Of a stretch of DNA of 64,000 bases, positions 36,646 through 49,005 are shown piece by piece. Positions within the stretch are counted from its first letter, which is position 1. Every line of letters begins with the position of its first letter. Source of the stretch: Felis catus (Eukaryota); assembly GCF_018350175.1 (NCBI RefSeq), contig NC_058382.1, forward strand, positions 52,330,001 to 52,394,000, given 5' to 3'. The notes under the pieces were generated by a model. It did no database searches. It was not told the origin of the DNA and worked only from the letters and a program-made list of their open reading frames with translations. The position numbers and the translations under genes are program-made.

Positions 36646-38729
36646 TGACCATCCACACCTGTCTCAGGTGTGGTCCAGAGAAGGCCTTGAGTCAGTTACC
36701 CCCACTGTCGGTGGTTAGTCTTACTGCCATTTGGGCATTCACTCAGATAATGGCACTAGGCTGCCATGGCCCCGTCTGCCAACAGGACATGAAACCTGGT
36801 CTGTTCAGAGTGCCTAAGTCCTACCATGAGCACGCCCTTTCAGAAACAGTCAAGCAGATCGATAGTTATATGCTTACCTTTCTGGATGAGACGAGATTTC
36901 ATGCTTGTTACTGGCCGATCAATAGTGAAAAGCACGTTCTGTTAAGTTTTCCTAGGAGTCATTAATCTGCCCCAGCCTCAGTCTCCCTATCTGCAAACTG
37001 AGTCTAACCAGGGTGATTTTGAAGCTAAGCCAGGTGAGGCTGGCAGTCAGGCACCGTGGCTGGCTGCTGGACGAGAGCGCGTGTTTTCCCCAGACCCCCG
37101 GGTCTTGGAGTAATGCACTGACATGCTGAGGGGGTTCTCTCTCTTCAATTGGCCAGGTATCCAAGCTGAAGCTCTCACTCTGTGAACCTCATAACACACA
37201 TTTCAGGGTCTACAAAATGCCACCTGAGAGAAGGCAGCAGGGAGGTTTCTAAGCCCTTCTTTTCTTCTCACTGCCCCTCCAGTGACAAAGTTTCATTCCT
37301 CCCTCGGAAGAAATCTTCAAGTATGCGTATGCATGCATCTGTGTAACATGGGTGTTACATGTTTGGATGTCTAAACTGAATTTTGGCAGGACTAATATTT
37401 CTAGAAAGTTCTAACTCTTCATGAGCTCGTAGCCCTGCTCTTCAGGGTAAAAGAGTCAGACGGAAATGACCATGGGCTGAGCACCCAGACTGGGGCTGGT
37501 AATGATGGGAAGGTACCACTCTGGGGTCTTTGCGACGACTGAAAAGGAGTTTGGAAATCCTCCGAACAGGTTGTCTGCCATCTGAGACCGTGGTTCTGGC
37601 TGGAGCACTTGTCACTAAAGCTGCTGATAACCAAAGGGTGTATCGTTGGTGTGGGTAGCAGTTGTTGGAGGAGGAGGGGGCTGACAGATAGTCTGATGAT
37701 TTTAATGTTTATATTCCGCTGGGGTAAGCTCTAACAAAGACCCATCATTTCCCAGATAACCAATTCTTTTAAAAGAACATCTGTTGAAACTGGCAATTTA
37801 CATTCTTCTTAAAATACGGAGCGACATAATTAACCCTCTGGGGAGACTAATATTAGTTTATTAGAGACAATTTCTAGTTCTGTTTATTTTTACACTAAAC
37901 GATTTGTTCAGATTGGAAAAAATTTTTTTTTCTTCGTTGTGGTGTGAGTTTGCTTTTATTTTGGGTTGACTTTTCCTTATCAAGGACACAGAAAGTAAAT
38001 AGCTAGGTGATAATATATGGTCACGATGATCATTGTCCGTGACCAAATAGAAGCATGCTGAAAGTACTTGATAGTGTGTGACACGTTAATAACTTGGCAT
38101 TATACTAACGCTCAGGTCTAATTAGTCTATTTTAAAGTGACCTGGCCTGTTATTAACATGCCCGTATTTGTGTGGTATCCTTTGTCATCGCATTGGGCTC
38201 CCTTGGCACTCGGAATTGGTGGAATTGTCATCTGCTTGTGGCTGTCATGCCTGTGAATCGATTTGCACTCTCCACAAGAAGATCCCAAACACTCGGTTGT
38301 TTCCAACATTGGACTAATTTCAGACTACTTCTTGTTGCGGGCAGAAGAGAGACAAGACAGGGCCTTTTGACATTGTGTAGAGGTCAGATGCAACGCCGGT
38401 CCCTCTTATCGTTCAGATGCCCTTGAATTGGAAAGCACCCACCGGAACATCCAACCATTTTGCCCTCAGTTTCGTATCCTGCAGCAAACTAAGTTGGTTC
38501 CCGTTTTCCACATGACGAGTCCTCAAATACGGGGATTCCCTTACCAAGTAACCTTCTACTTATAAGCGCTCAGTTATGCCATGAATTCATTGGCTCAGAA
38601 CCTTCCCCCATTACAGTTTGCCCTACTGCGAAGCGGCGCTCACTATAGAAGCTCATAAAGGAAAAGTACGGTGAGCTCATGCAAAAGAGTCATTGGCTCA
38701 CAAACCCTTCACCTGGCCCCGGGCACCTG

Positions 38730-39126
38730 CTGCAGCCTCCTTTCCTTCCCCTGCCATGCACTGGCCAACTTGGTGCGTTGGCCAAACTGAACTGAACTCT
38801 CCAGGCTGAATCATTGGTGCTAGCTGTGCCCTCACCACCGTCTCACCCTCCCTGTCTGTTGGCAGTCTCCTGTTCGTCCTTCAGAACCCAGTTATTGGCA
38901 TCATATCTCCCATGAAGCCTTCCCAGATCTTTACTCACCTGGACAGCTGGTCATCCCCTTCCTGGTGCTGCCCTGACACTGTGCGTGCATCCCTGCCATG
39001 ATTGTCCAGTCGCAAAGTCATCTTCCCATTGCATGACTTCCTCCTTGCAGAATGGATTGTACTTTATTCCATTTCTAGCCCTGGCAAGGCTGGCACCTAC
39101 CAGATGATCAGCGAATAGCAGCCGAA
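38730..39126 (+). mobile_element. L2 3' fragment
   Basis: ctcctgttcgtccttcagaacccag...catgaagccttcccaga...gctggcacctaccagatgatcagcgaata resembles an L2 3' UTR. Confidence 0.7.
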
Positions 39127-39127
39127 T

Positions 39128-39174
<47 letters not shown>

Positions 39175-39183
39175 TTATTTTTT
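39127..39183. repeat. (TTTA)n repeat
   Basis: Direct reading; flanked by imperfect 17-bp direct repeats. Confidence 0.95.
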
Positions 39184-40029
39184 AACAGTAGTTGAATTTA
39201 ATTCTGTCCCTTCCCTCGTGTCAGTGATTGGTGTTTAAGATGTAATTGTGCTCGGTGCCTTGTTTTCAATGAAGTATAAAAGGGTGCATTGCATGTGTGT
39301 GGGAGTGATTACAAAATCCAATCAAACTTGGAATCGCTGACTCACACCTGGAGTTTCTTTATTTGCAAGCTGGAAGATGAGGGCTGAATTTGAAACCCCA
39401 GGAGAAAATGTCAGCATATGAGGCTATTTTGAATAACTCCAGAATAGTTATTTAAGGGGGGAGGGCGGAGCACCAGATGCCTCCGGACACGTAAGAGCTA
39501 CCCCCCAGCCACTGGGCTTCCTTTCCATCTTTCACTGAGATGCTGCAGCCCATAGTGCTGCTGGTTAACACCCTCATCTGGCTTTCTCTCTGTGACTGCA
39601 CCGCCCTGAGCCTGGCAGGTGATACTTCCCTAAAGCACATAGTGGGAAGGCTTGAGCCCAAGGCCAGAAGAAATGGGGAGAGACACCCGTGATCAGGCAG
39701 TCAGGAAGGAAACATATCTTCTGAAGGTGTGTGTGCATGTGTGTGTCTTCTCGTTGAGTCACTTATTTCTTGTTTCTTTTTTATTCACTAGCTATTGGGC
39801 AAATTGACCCATGACATGGTCCACTGGAGGGACCACGCCAGTGACTCTTTGGCAATTATGTCCATTCCTATAACTCCCTAGCCTCATGTTAATCATTATA
39901 TATAAAACCCAACTCCAGTGTGTTGGAATCAAATATATTCAACACCCAGTCCATGTTGGGTTGATTTAGTATAATGTAAGAGTGCTTTGCTGACATCTGG
40001 AACCATGACAGTGAGCAAGAGATGGGCTG

Positions 40030-40042
40030 TGACCTTTGACCT
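40030..40042 (-). promoter_or_regulatory. Perfect nuclear-receptor DR1 element
   Basis: TGACCTTTGACCT = AGGTCA-A-AGGTCA on - strand. Confidence 0.5.
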
Positions 40043-41129
40043 CAGGGTCACAGCCCAAGATCTCTTATTAGGAGGTGTTTACAGAATTCACGTTTCCCTT
40101 ATTACTTCCCAAGTGAGACTGGATTTATATTGAAATTTTGTGTATATATTGGCTTAGGGAAATTTTATTGTGCTGTTTATGTGCCCTGAATAATTTGCAA
40201 TAACTTACAGAGTTATAATTCAGGAAGTAATTGGTTCTGAGAGAATGTGCATCATCGTATCTAAATGTGTTTTTCCTTTGGTCTGTAGCCTTTTGACAAA
40301 TAGCCAGGAACTTTATCCCTCATATACTGAATACTTGTGCACTGTGAACATGGGAGTGGTGAGAACCTGGCATGTACACATTGACGTCCCAAGTCCTGTG
40401 CCCGTGACAGACATCACTAATCAATCCAGCTCAGCATGCTGCTCTGAGTAACCATTACTAATCACGTGGAGTCAGTGGGAGATACTCTTCATCCACCATC
40501 CTAGTGAAGTGAAATTTTGATAAAAGCCTGGTAGTTCTTCCTGCAGGGCACAGAACGGCCCCCTGTGCAGCTGGGAATCGTGTTCCCAGTGACGGTTTCC
40601 TGTCAGAGCTTGGCCTTCCTCCTGGAAGAAGTCTGAAAATCTTGGAGCCAATTACCTAATGGAATCATATGTGTTTCCCATTTCCATTGTCTGCCCTGGC
40701 CTGATACTCATTTTCCATTCATAAGAAAGTGTCCTGTGTTAAGAATTTGCATATTGAGACAGGTGGCTAGCATTGCTCTGGTCCACAAGCTTCCCTGAGA
40801 CAGTAAGGACTCATTGCAAGATCCATGGGGACCGCAAGCTTACCCCATTCGTTGGAAGTATAATTTGGTTTACACACACAAAGTTTCAGGAATGTATCTC
40901 TTGCATCAAGCTATGTCCGCTTCTGTGGGTAACTGATGTGTACGTGTCCTGTATTTCCTTTGAGAGCACAGAAGAGCAATTGGGTTAGGTCGTTCTTGCC
41001 ACAGAGTCAGTTGGCTTATTTGTGAAATACGTTTGGGGTGTTTAAAGAGCGTCATTTGTTGTACAAGTCCTGATCAATGATGTGACGATGGAAACCACAT
41101 AGTAAGTACAGCCAACACCTATACAGCAC

Positions 41130-41340
41130 CTAGCTCAGTGCTTGTATGTATGTATATAATACATGGTGCTTACACTGCATGCTTTATATAAATTAACCCC
41201 TTGACACGATCCCATCCCCATTTTTGATATGAGAACACTGAGAACACTGAGGCACATATAACGGAAGTAATGAGGCCAAGAACACACAGCTGAGATAGTT
41301 GTCTGACCCTGCAAAGTCTGTGTTCTTAGCCACCACACGT
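41130..41340 (-). mobile_element. MIR SINE
   Basis: catccccatttttgatatgagaacactgagaacactgaggcac...ggccaagaacacacagct...tcttagccacca; internal 9-bp duplication. Confidence 0.8.
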
Positions 41341-42139
41341 TAAGTGGCCATCCCCAATTTTCTCTCCATTTGTGTATATTAATGGCAACACTTCCTTAGC
41401 GAGCAGGGCCGGGATTCCAGACTTTTATGGTGATGGGAAGGCAACAAAGTTGGGACCCAGGGGCCCAGGGGAGGTCTGATTCTTTCGTTTTGCGTTCTGG
41501 GTGGGTTGATAAATAAACGTGGAACAAACACAAAGCGACAAACAAACAGAAGGAAGCAAAGCAGCAACGGGTCACATTTGAGCCTCTTGAGAATTCTTTT
41601 GTTGGACAGCAACGCTGCGAAGGCCCTCCTGATGTAAAGTCTTCTGCTTGGGCCTCACACATGTGCTTTGCTTGGAACTACCTTATCTCCTGGGTTTGCC
41701 TGGTCGCAGCTTCATGGGCTGCTCATCAGTGGCTTTTCGAGGAAAAGAAACTTAAGGCTTGCCCATAGGTCCTTGAGTCAGCTCATTGAACTTTTTGTCA
41801 ATTAGCTCCCCCCTCCCCTCCCCCCACTCATCTTTATGGTATGGCCTTTCCTGTAATTACAGTCAGGATCCTATAGCCGCAGGAAGGCCTGTCAATTGAG
41901 TGAGAGGCTGATGTCCATTGCACGGTGACAGCCGATTCCGAGGGTTTTAGGCCTGTCCTTAGAGAGGCTTGTTATTTCCTCCTTAGGTACTTTGCCTCGG
42001 CTCAGCTCACCACCATCACGTGGACGGAGGTGTCTTATTCCGTGGCCGAGCCCAGGAGGTCAGGCCCCTCGGCCATGACGTACTGCAAAGTGGGGATGCT
42101 GCATTGATTTGTATTGTTTTTAATTAAAAATCATTTTTT

Positions 42140-42281
42140 AAATATGCATCTGTGTGCACGCAGGAAAAGGTCTGGAAAGATGTGCCGCACGCTGCTGAGC
42201 AGGCCCTACCCCCAGGGAGTGGGCTCGGGTGGGAAGCCATAGAAAAACGATCATGGTTTACTGTAGACCAGTCTGTGCTTG

Positions 42282-42337
<56 letters not shown>

Positions 42338-42370
42338 TTAATGAACATGGATTAGTTTATGATTTCAAGT
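42140..42370 (+). mobile_element. Ancient L1 (L1ME-like) 3' fragment containing a (TG)n repeat
   Basis: gcaggaaaaggtctggaaagatgtgc...ctaccccagggagtggg; (TG)25 at 42286-42335. Confidence 0.55.
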
Positions 42371-42813
42371 TACTATGTCGTTAAAGGATCAACCTCGATA
42401 AATATTTCTGGTGATCAGAATTTCCCTAGGAGAGGAAGGGTTAAATGGGATGCCACAGCATCTTCTAAACCCCCACCGGGGTGCCTGAGGCTGACTTATC
42501 CGTGTGCATTTTGTCTCTCCTAAGTTTTTTGGTCGGTTTGAGCTCACACCGGTTTTGCACTCTTTTCTGCGTGGTGCTATTCAGCTTCCCTGGCCCCCCG
42601 CACCCCCACCCCACTCCCCATCCTGTTCTTCAGATTCCCAGAGTCCCCACGCTCGTTCTGTCCACCCTTCACCCTCCTGACTGCTGGAAACCTGATCTCT
42701 CTCCTCAGAAGGTGCGGATACTCTCTCCCATTCATTTGTCTTTTCCCTGTTACTTAAGAGTAAAACAGAAAACACTGAGCTTGTGTAGAGTCATTGTTGG
42801 TGTTCTGCCTTTT

Positions 42814-43029
42814 TTAAATGTTTATTTATATTTGAGAGAGAGAGAGAGAGAGAGAGACAGAGCATGAGTGAGGGAGAGGCAGAGAGACAGGGTGACACGG
42901 AATCCGAAGCAGGCTCCAGGCTCTGAGCTGTCAGCACGGAGCCCGACGCAGGCCTTGAACTCCCGAGACGTGAGATCATGACCCGAGCCGAAGTCGGACG
43001 CTTAACCGACGGAGCCACCCAGGCGCCCC
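42814..43029 (-). mobile_element. Can-SINE (SINEC_Fc-type)
   Basis: Full reverse copy; TSD core TGCCTTTT at 42806-42813 and 43031-43038. Confidence 0.95.
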
Positions 43030-43959
43030 GTGCCTTTTGAAAGCCACGTACAATTAAGTGCCGCGTTGGCAAAGCATATGCAGAGGTCACTGAAGATGTC
43101 CTGTGGTTTGCAGGGCCTGTCGGAGAGTCCGTATCTATGATGATCTGAAAGTGGCATCAGAGGGAGGAAACACGTCTGCTCGTAGGTGGTTGGCATTCTG
43201 TGTGTTGGCTCCACTAACCGGGCCACTCTCCTCACGTGAGAGATGTCTGTGCCGGTCTGGGGCCATTGTCTCTCCACGGGCGTGTTGTGGCAAGTGGGTT
43301 TGTCCATCCCGCTCCCTCTCGGGCACGTGGATGTTAAAGGCGGGGACGTGCTGTATACACCCAAGTTTCCGGTTGTCTACCAACAGAGGCCTCTCCGGGC
43401 CATCTTGCTGACAACGCTCTGTGTCACGCCGGAGCAGTAGCTTTCGTTTCACACTGTGAGTTTGGGGACGGGGTGCTCTCTGAGGGCCAGGGCCCGGGAC
43501 TCGGACAGCCACCCCACCCCACACCTTTCTCGGGGTCGTCTTCACGGAACGAGAGAAGTTGCTGCTGACGATAGACGCCCTCACTCACCAGTGCTCTGCC
43601 CCGTCTCCCCTGGCTCTGTCAGACCCCCAAGAAGGAGGATGTTGGAATACTCAGAAGTCAAAGGAGCTGAATTTTGCCACGAATGACGTTAATAGCGAAC
43701 TTTAGAAGGGGGTGTGCGGGGGCGCCGTGGAGTTATCGAGTGCTAAGGCCCAAAGCTCCCTGTGTGAGTCAGCCTTTCACCTTTTAGCATAAAGTGCCTG
43801 CCGCCCCTGTGCCAATTCTGCTTCCGCTCGCACCCCTGGTGTGGGCGCCTAGGCAGACGCAGAGGCATTTGCACCAGGGGAGCCTGCACCTGAAACTACA
43901 GATCCATAAGAAAGGCCCATCTTGTGCCCTGACAAGAGGTTGTCTTCCAATAGCTGAGA

Positions 43960-44123
43960 TGTTTTTTTCATTTTTGGTATTAGACTTTACTTTTTAGGGC
44001 AGTTTTAGGTTCCTAACAAAATTGAGTGACACGTTCAGAGGTTTCCCGTATAGCCCCTGCCCTCACGTAGGCACAGCCTTCCTCTCTGTCAGCAACCCCA
44101 CCAGACTGGATGTGATTGATGAG
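43960..44123 (-). mobile_element. L1 (L1MC-like) 3' end fragment
   Basis: tagactttactttttagggcagttttaggttc...caaaattgag...cagaggtttcccgtata...cacagccttcc. Confidence 0.8.
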
Positions 44124-44514
44124 TGGTTCTGGGGTAGTAACCAAGGCGGGCATCTGCCCCTGGCAATACTTGACCGTAGCTCCCAGCCGGCCGCCAGGAG
44201 AAAGTGGGGGCAAAGGCAGCCGGTTCTCAGGTCTGAGTTTCTAAGCTCTGCATTCACGAATCCAAGTAGTTGTAGGCTATGGGTCTGTTTGGGGTTTATA
44301 CCAGTGGCATTGATTAGTGAAATAACAAATGGGCATTAGGCTGATTGATTTGTGAGCAGAAATAGTAAGCTTATACGGCCCCTCCCACACCTTATTGTAT
44401 GTTTAATAAGTACTTGTATGATTGGATTGAAGCACTCTTAGCTGGTTTTTACCAGAGGCTATGCAGTTTTATGTATCTTTCACCACCCTCCCCCCCAAAA
44501 AGAAGAAAATTAAA

Positions 44515-45005
44515 AAAAAAAATATTTATTTATTTTCCAGAGAGGGAGGGAGGGAGAGAGAGAGAGAGAGGGAGGGCGGTCACATGCATGCAAGTGGGGG
44601 AAGGGCAGAGAGAGAGAGAGAGAGAGAGAGAGGCCGAGGATCCAAAACAGGCTCCAGGCTGTCAGCATAGAGCCCGAAGTCAGGCTCCAACTCACGAACC
44701 CATGAGATCCTGACCTGAGCTCAAATCAAGAGTTGGCCACCGAAGGGGGTGCCTGGGTGGCTCAGTTGGTTAAGCGTCTGACTTAGGCTTAGGTCGTGAT
44801 CTCTTGGTTCGAGCCCCGTGCCAGGCTCTGTGCTGACGGCTCAGAGCCTGGAGCCTGCTTTGGATTCTGTCTTCTTCTCTCTCTGCCCTTCTCCCACTTG
44901 TACTCTTTCTCTGTCTCTCTCTCTCAAAAATAAATGAACATTTTTAAAAACTTAAAAAAAAAAAAAGAGTTGGCCGCTTAAAGGACTGAGCCACCCGCGT
45001 GCCCC
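44515..45005 (-). mobile_element. Can-SINE (outer), interrupted by a second SINE
   Basis: Reverse body 44515-44744 resumes at about 44982 with ggactgagccacccgcgtgcccc. Confidence 0.9.
44746..44964 (+). mobile_element. Can-SINE (inner, nested in opposite orientation)
   Basis: ggggtgcctgggtggctcag head, A tail; TSD AAGAGTTGGCC(ACCG/GCTT)AA at 44728-44744 and 44965-44981. Confidence 0.93.
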
Positions 45006-48000
45006 AACCGAGAAAGACAATTTTAAAGGCAGACTATATACTAAAAGTACTGAGATTTAGGAAAAACATATTTTTGGGGGGAATTTGATATTTGTAGGAA
45101 ATCATCAAGTTTGTCAACATAGAGGGGAAAGAACACACCTCCTTAGACCTCCTATCCTGTGCTCGGTGTTTTTTTCTTACTACTCTGTAAAACTGTCACA
45201 CCGTCATTAGTGGGGCCGGCCCTCCTGCTTTGGGGGCTTATGGGGTGCGGGCTGGAGGAGGCTCAACTTTGCTGAACTTCTCCAAACTTCTCCCGTGCTG
45301 CTCCCAAGGGGTACACGACACAATCAAGAGGCCCTTTGTGCTGAGCGGCTTTCGCTGGAGCAGTGGATGAGGCAGAGGCCCAGGGACGGCTGAACGTGTC
45401 TGGCCTAAAGGGAAATTCGTGACCTGAAAACACTGGGAACTCTTCCTGATACGAAAAATTCACAAGGATGCCACGTAGCTTTATTGATTCAGTAAAAAAG
45501 CGCGGTGGTCTCCGTTGATGGCAATTCCGCGTCCCCTTTCCCTCGAACGGACTTGAAGGGACTCGCGGCTTCCCCTGCCGGCTTTCCCTTGGTTGGCGTC
45601 CAGAGATAAGCACAATAATGATTGAGTTAAGACAGAATATTACAAAGGCTAAGGGAAGATTCCGAGGACTTTTAGTCTATTAACTCTATGAGACTTCTTA
45701 ATAGTTTGGCTTAAGGCAAAAATGATTTTATTCTTGTTTCATCCTCGTTGAGTCAATAATTAACTTAACCGAGTTTGATTAAAACTGAATTTTACTAAGT
45801 ATGAAAACCATCTGGGCTTTCCTCCTTCCATATGAGAAAAATGGTGAGGGCCCTTGTCCTGTAGCAGTTGAAGGTGTCCAGCCTGGGGGCGAGGCTTACG
45901 GGGATCATCGCTTTGCGCGGAGGGAACGCCACGAGCCAGACGGTGCTCTCCGTGTCGTCTCGGTCCCAAAGGGAGGGCGGCACGGAAGGCAGTCTTCCTG
46001 GCCGGGCTTGGTCCACAGAGAAGCCCTCGCTGCCTGCCAGCCCCTTCGTTAACGGTCTCCATTTTTATTCCTTCTGGCCCCTTCGCCTCTCTCAGTGACC
46101 GGGGAGGGGCTCATGGGGATCTCCTGGGTTGGGGAACCAGGAGACACTTCAGGTCACGCGGAGCCGCCTCTGGGTCCGCGATGCCGGCTTCCAGAAGGGC
46201 CCCCTGTATGCTGGTCGAGAGCTCCTTCACCAGCAACCCATCAGTGCCCTCGGCTCCTACCAGATAGTAATGATGCGTTTGACTTGTTCCCCCACCAGCC
46301 TCAGTCTCTTCAAGAGTAAGGACTGGCTTTTCCTTTTCCATCTGTGGCCCCAGCATCCAGCACAGGGCTTGGCACCCGCCCACCTAATGTACTTCTACGG
46401 AATGAACTAGTGAACAGCAATAACAAAAAGTCAGGTCCAGACAACGTGGGTCCCTTTGTCGCTGGATGTTGAGAACTTGAATTTCATGCCATGGGGCCCC
46501 TCCCTTACATTCCATCTTTATGTGCTATAAATAGACATTCCTGCTTTTGGCTAACTAGAATTAAGTAGTACCAAATGCTCCTTTACCATTTGGAGGCCTC
46601 GCTGCTTTGAGTCATTTAGAGAGGAGGGAGAGAGGCAGATGGGGAGGAAGTGGGTCGAAACCTGGCTTCTGCACCCGGGGAAAGAAAAACAAAACAAAAC
46701 AACGAGCCAGAAAAGCAGGCGGGAGCGGTGGTGAGCACACGTTGAGGGCTTTGGTGTCTGATGCCAGGGTGGGAGCCCACGTGGAACCAAGTGGGACTTT
46801 TCAGTGCAGAGTTTTGTCAGCCCAGGGATGCTCCTGGGAGGCAGGGCAATGCTAATTGTTTGCAGGATTGCATGTGCAGTGGGGGAAAGACGGGTCTTGA
46901 AAAAAACTGTATGGCTTGCTTGGCATTTACTGTGGGTGTTAAGTCTGTGTTCTAGTTGCCAAGATTAAATTAAATCGTCTCCATCGCTGTTCAGCCTTAC
47001 TCTGCACAAAACGTACCCAGTTCCTTTCTGCAGTCCTTTCTCCCTTCATCTTTTTTTTTTTTTTTTAACATGCCGTATGCTGCCTCACTGAGTCGACCGT
47101 GGTAACACTTCACCACATCGAGTAAGTTGTGCCAGGCGCATGCTGTTGGAACACCTGGCTGAGACACCTGAGCATTTTCGTAGGACCGGGGGTGGGTAGA
47201 CGACTCATTGCAATTTACAAGATTGGGGGGGGGAGCGGGGAGGAGCTAAGCTTGGGTGTCATCTTGATGATTTCTGAACAGCCTTCCAGCTGGACTAGCT
47301 TTTCGGGAACACATGCATGTTTGTGCTGGAAGCCCCCGTATTATCATTTAATCCAAAAGCTTTTTTCTACGATGAATTATTCAGGCAATGTTTTCCAAAA
47401 TTGCCATTGATCAGTAGTACAGACCCAGAGAGAGCATGTACAGCATTGCATGTGATGGGCCCGTTAGGGGTCGATATTTTCTGGCTCAAAGTAGTTCCAA
47501 AAGAGAGAATTCAAAGCCAGTGTGTTTCTTTCTCTGGGCAGGAAGTGATGCATGCAGGTACCAAACTCAGGTTTACTGATGTTGAGCTTGGATTAAAACC
47601 TAGCCTGCGAAATAGGCGTAGCCTTGCTGGGGTGGAGACCTTGGGGGGGGGGAGTGGGGGGCTGGAGGCTTTTATCCTTAGGCATTCACCAGTGAAGAAT
47701 GTTGGGTGGGACACAGGGTCAGCTGAGTCCTCGGACAGAGGTTCTCTGTTCATGCCCACACAATTCTGAACTTGGAACGTAAATGCTCTCCCCTGGACAC
47801 AAGCTTCAGGTTTTTGTTTTTTGTGGGTTTTTTGTTTGGTATAATGACACGTTTCTTGGAACAGTGCCTGCCTGTTTAAAAAAAAAAAAAAACAGACAAG
47901 TTGGTTAGGATGTCTTTGTGTAAACATTTTGGCACTATTAGCGAAAATCGTCCGGTGGCGAGCCAAGATGACCATGCCCCCACCTGCTGGGGCTGCACAC

Positions 48001-48112
48001 AGACACCTGTGGGGTTTTAGATGCGTCCATGGGACAATGGGAAGAGACAGGAAGCAGATTTCCCAGCTCTCCCTGTCTCAGCGTGCTCTGTCTTCTCTCC
48101 TGGCTGTCTCCC

Positions 48113-48230
48113 AAACGGCGGTCCTCGGCTTCGGGTGTGCATGAGAATCACCTGGGATATTTTTCAGACCTCATGATGTGATGGCCCAGGGTAGTTATAT
48201 CCAGGTCTCTGGGGAGTGAGGATGTTGGGC
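48113..48230. mobile_element. MER5-like DNA transposon fragment
   Basis: gtgtgcatgagaatcacctggga...ccaggtctctgggg. Confidence 0.55.
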
Positions 48231-48550
48231 TTTCTTCGGGGGAGAGGGAGGCAGCGAGGGCTGAAAGCTCCTGCTGTCCAAAGTGCCCCATCACCAGATT
48301 TTGGGATCTGGGAAGAGATCCTTCCTTCTGGAGTTCATGTGTAAAGTGTCTGGGGTTGTGGCGTTGGCTCGAATCTTGGCCCTTTGCCCAAGTGAGACTG
48401 GGATTCCAGCTTGACCCAGGGTTCTAGTGTGCTTCTCTGGAATCTGACACCATTTCCTCTACTTTCTGTCCTTTTCTTCCTTCACATAGGGACACTTCTG
48501 TGTCTATTTGAGCCTTGTGGGGTCTTTCTGCCCTTAGCCCTGCAATATCC

Positions 48551-49005
48551 TTTTTTCTTAAAAGCAGCTTTATTGACGTATGATGCAGCAACCCTACAAT
48601 CCATCCTTTAAAAGTGTACAGTTCACTGTTTTTTAGTATATTCACAGAGTTGTGCACCCATCAACTTTAGAACGTTATATTAGCCTCAGAAGATATTCTG
48701 CAACCCGTTGCCATCCTCCCATCTGCTACCTCCTTCCGCCCGAGGCAACCACGACTCTACTTTCTGTCTCTGTGAATTTGCCTCTTCTGGGCATTTTGTC
48801 TAAATGGAATCCTATACTATTGGCTACGTGCACTTAGCACAGTGTTTTCGAGGTTCATCGTCACGGTAGCCTGTATCACTACTTTGTTTCTTTTCAAGAC
48901 TGAATAATATTCCACCATTGGGATATACCACATTTTATGTATCTGTTCATGAGCTGATGAACATTTGAGTTGTTTGCGTTTTCTGGCTATTATGATTAAG
49001 GCTGC
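48551..49005 (-). mobile_element. L1 (L1MB-like) 3' fragment
   Basis: cagctttattga...ttaaaagtgtacagttca...ctactttctgtctctgtgaatttgcct...tgaataatattcca...ataccacatttt...ggctattatga. Confidence 0.9.
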
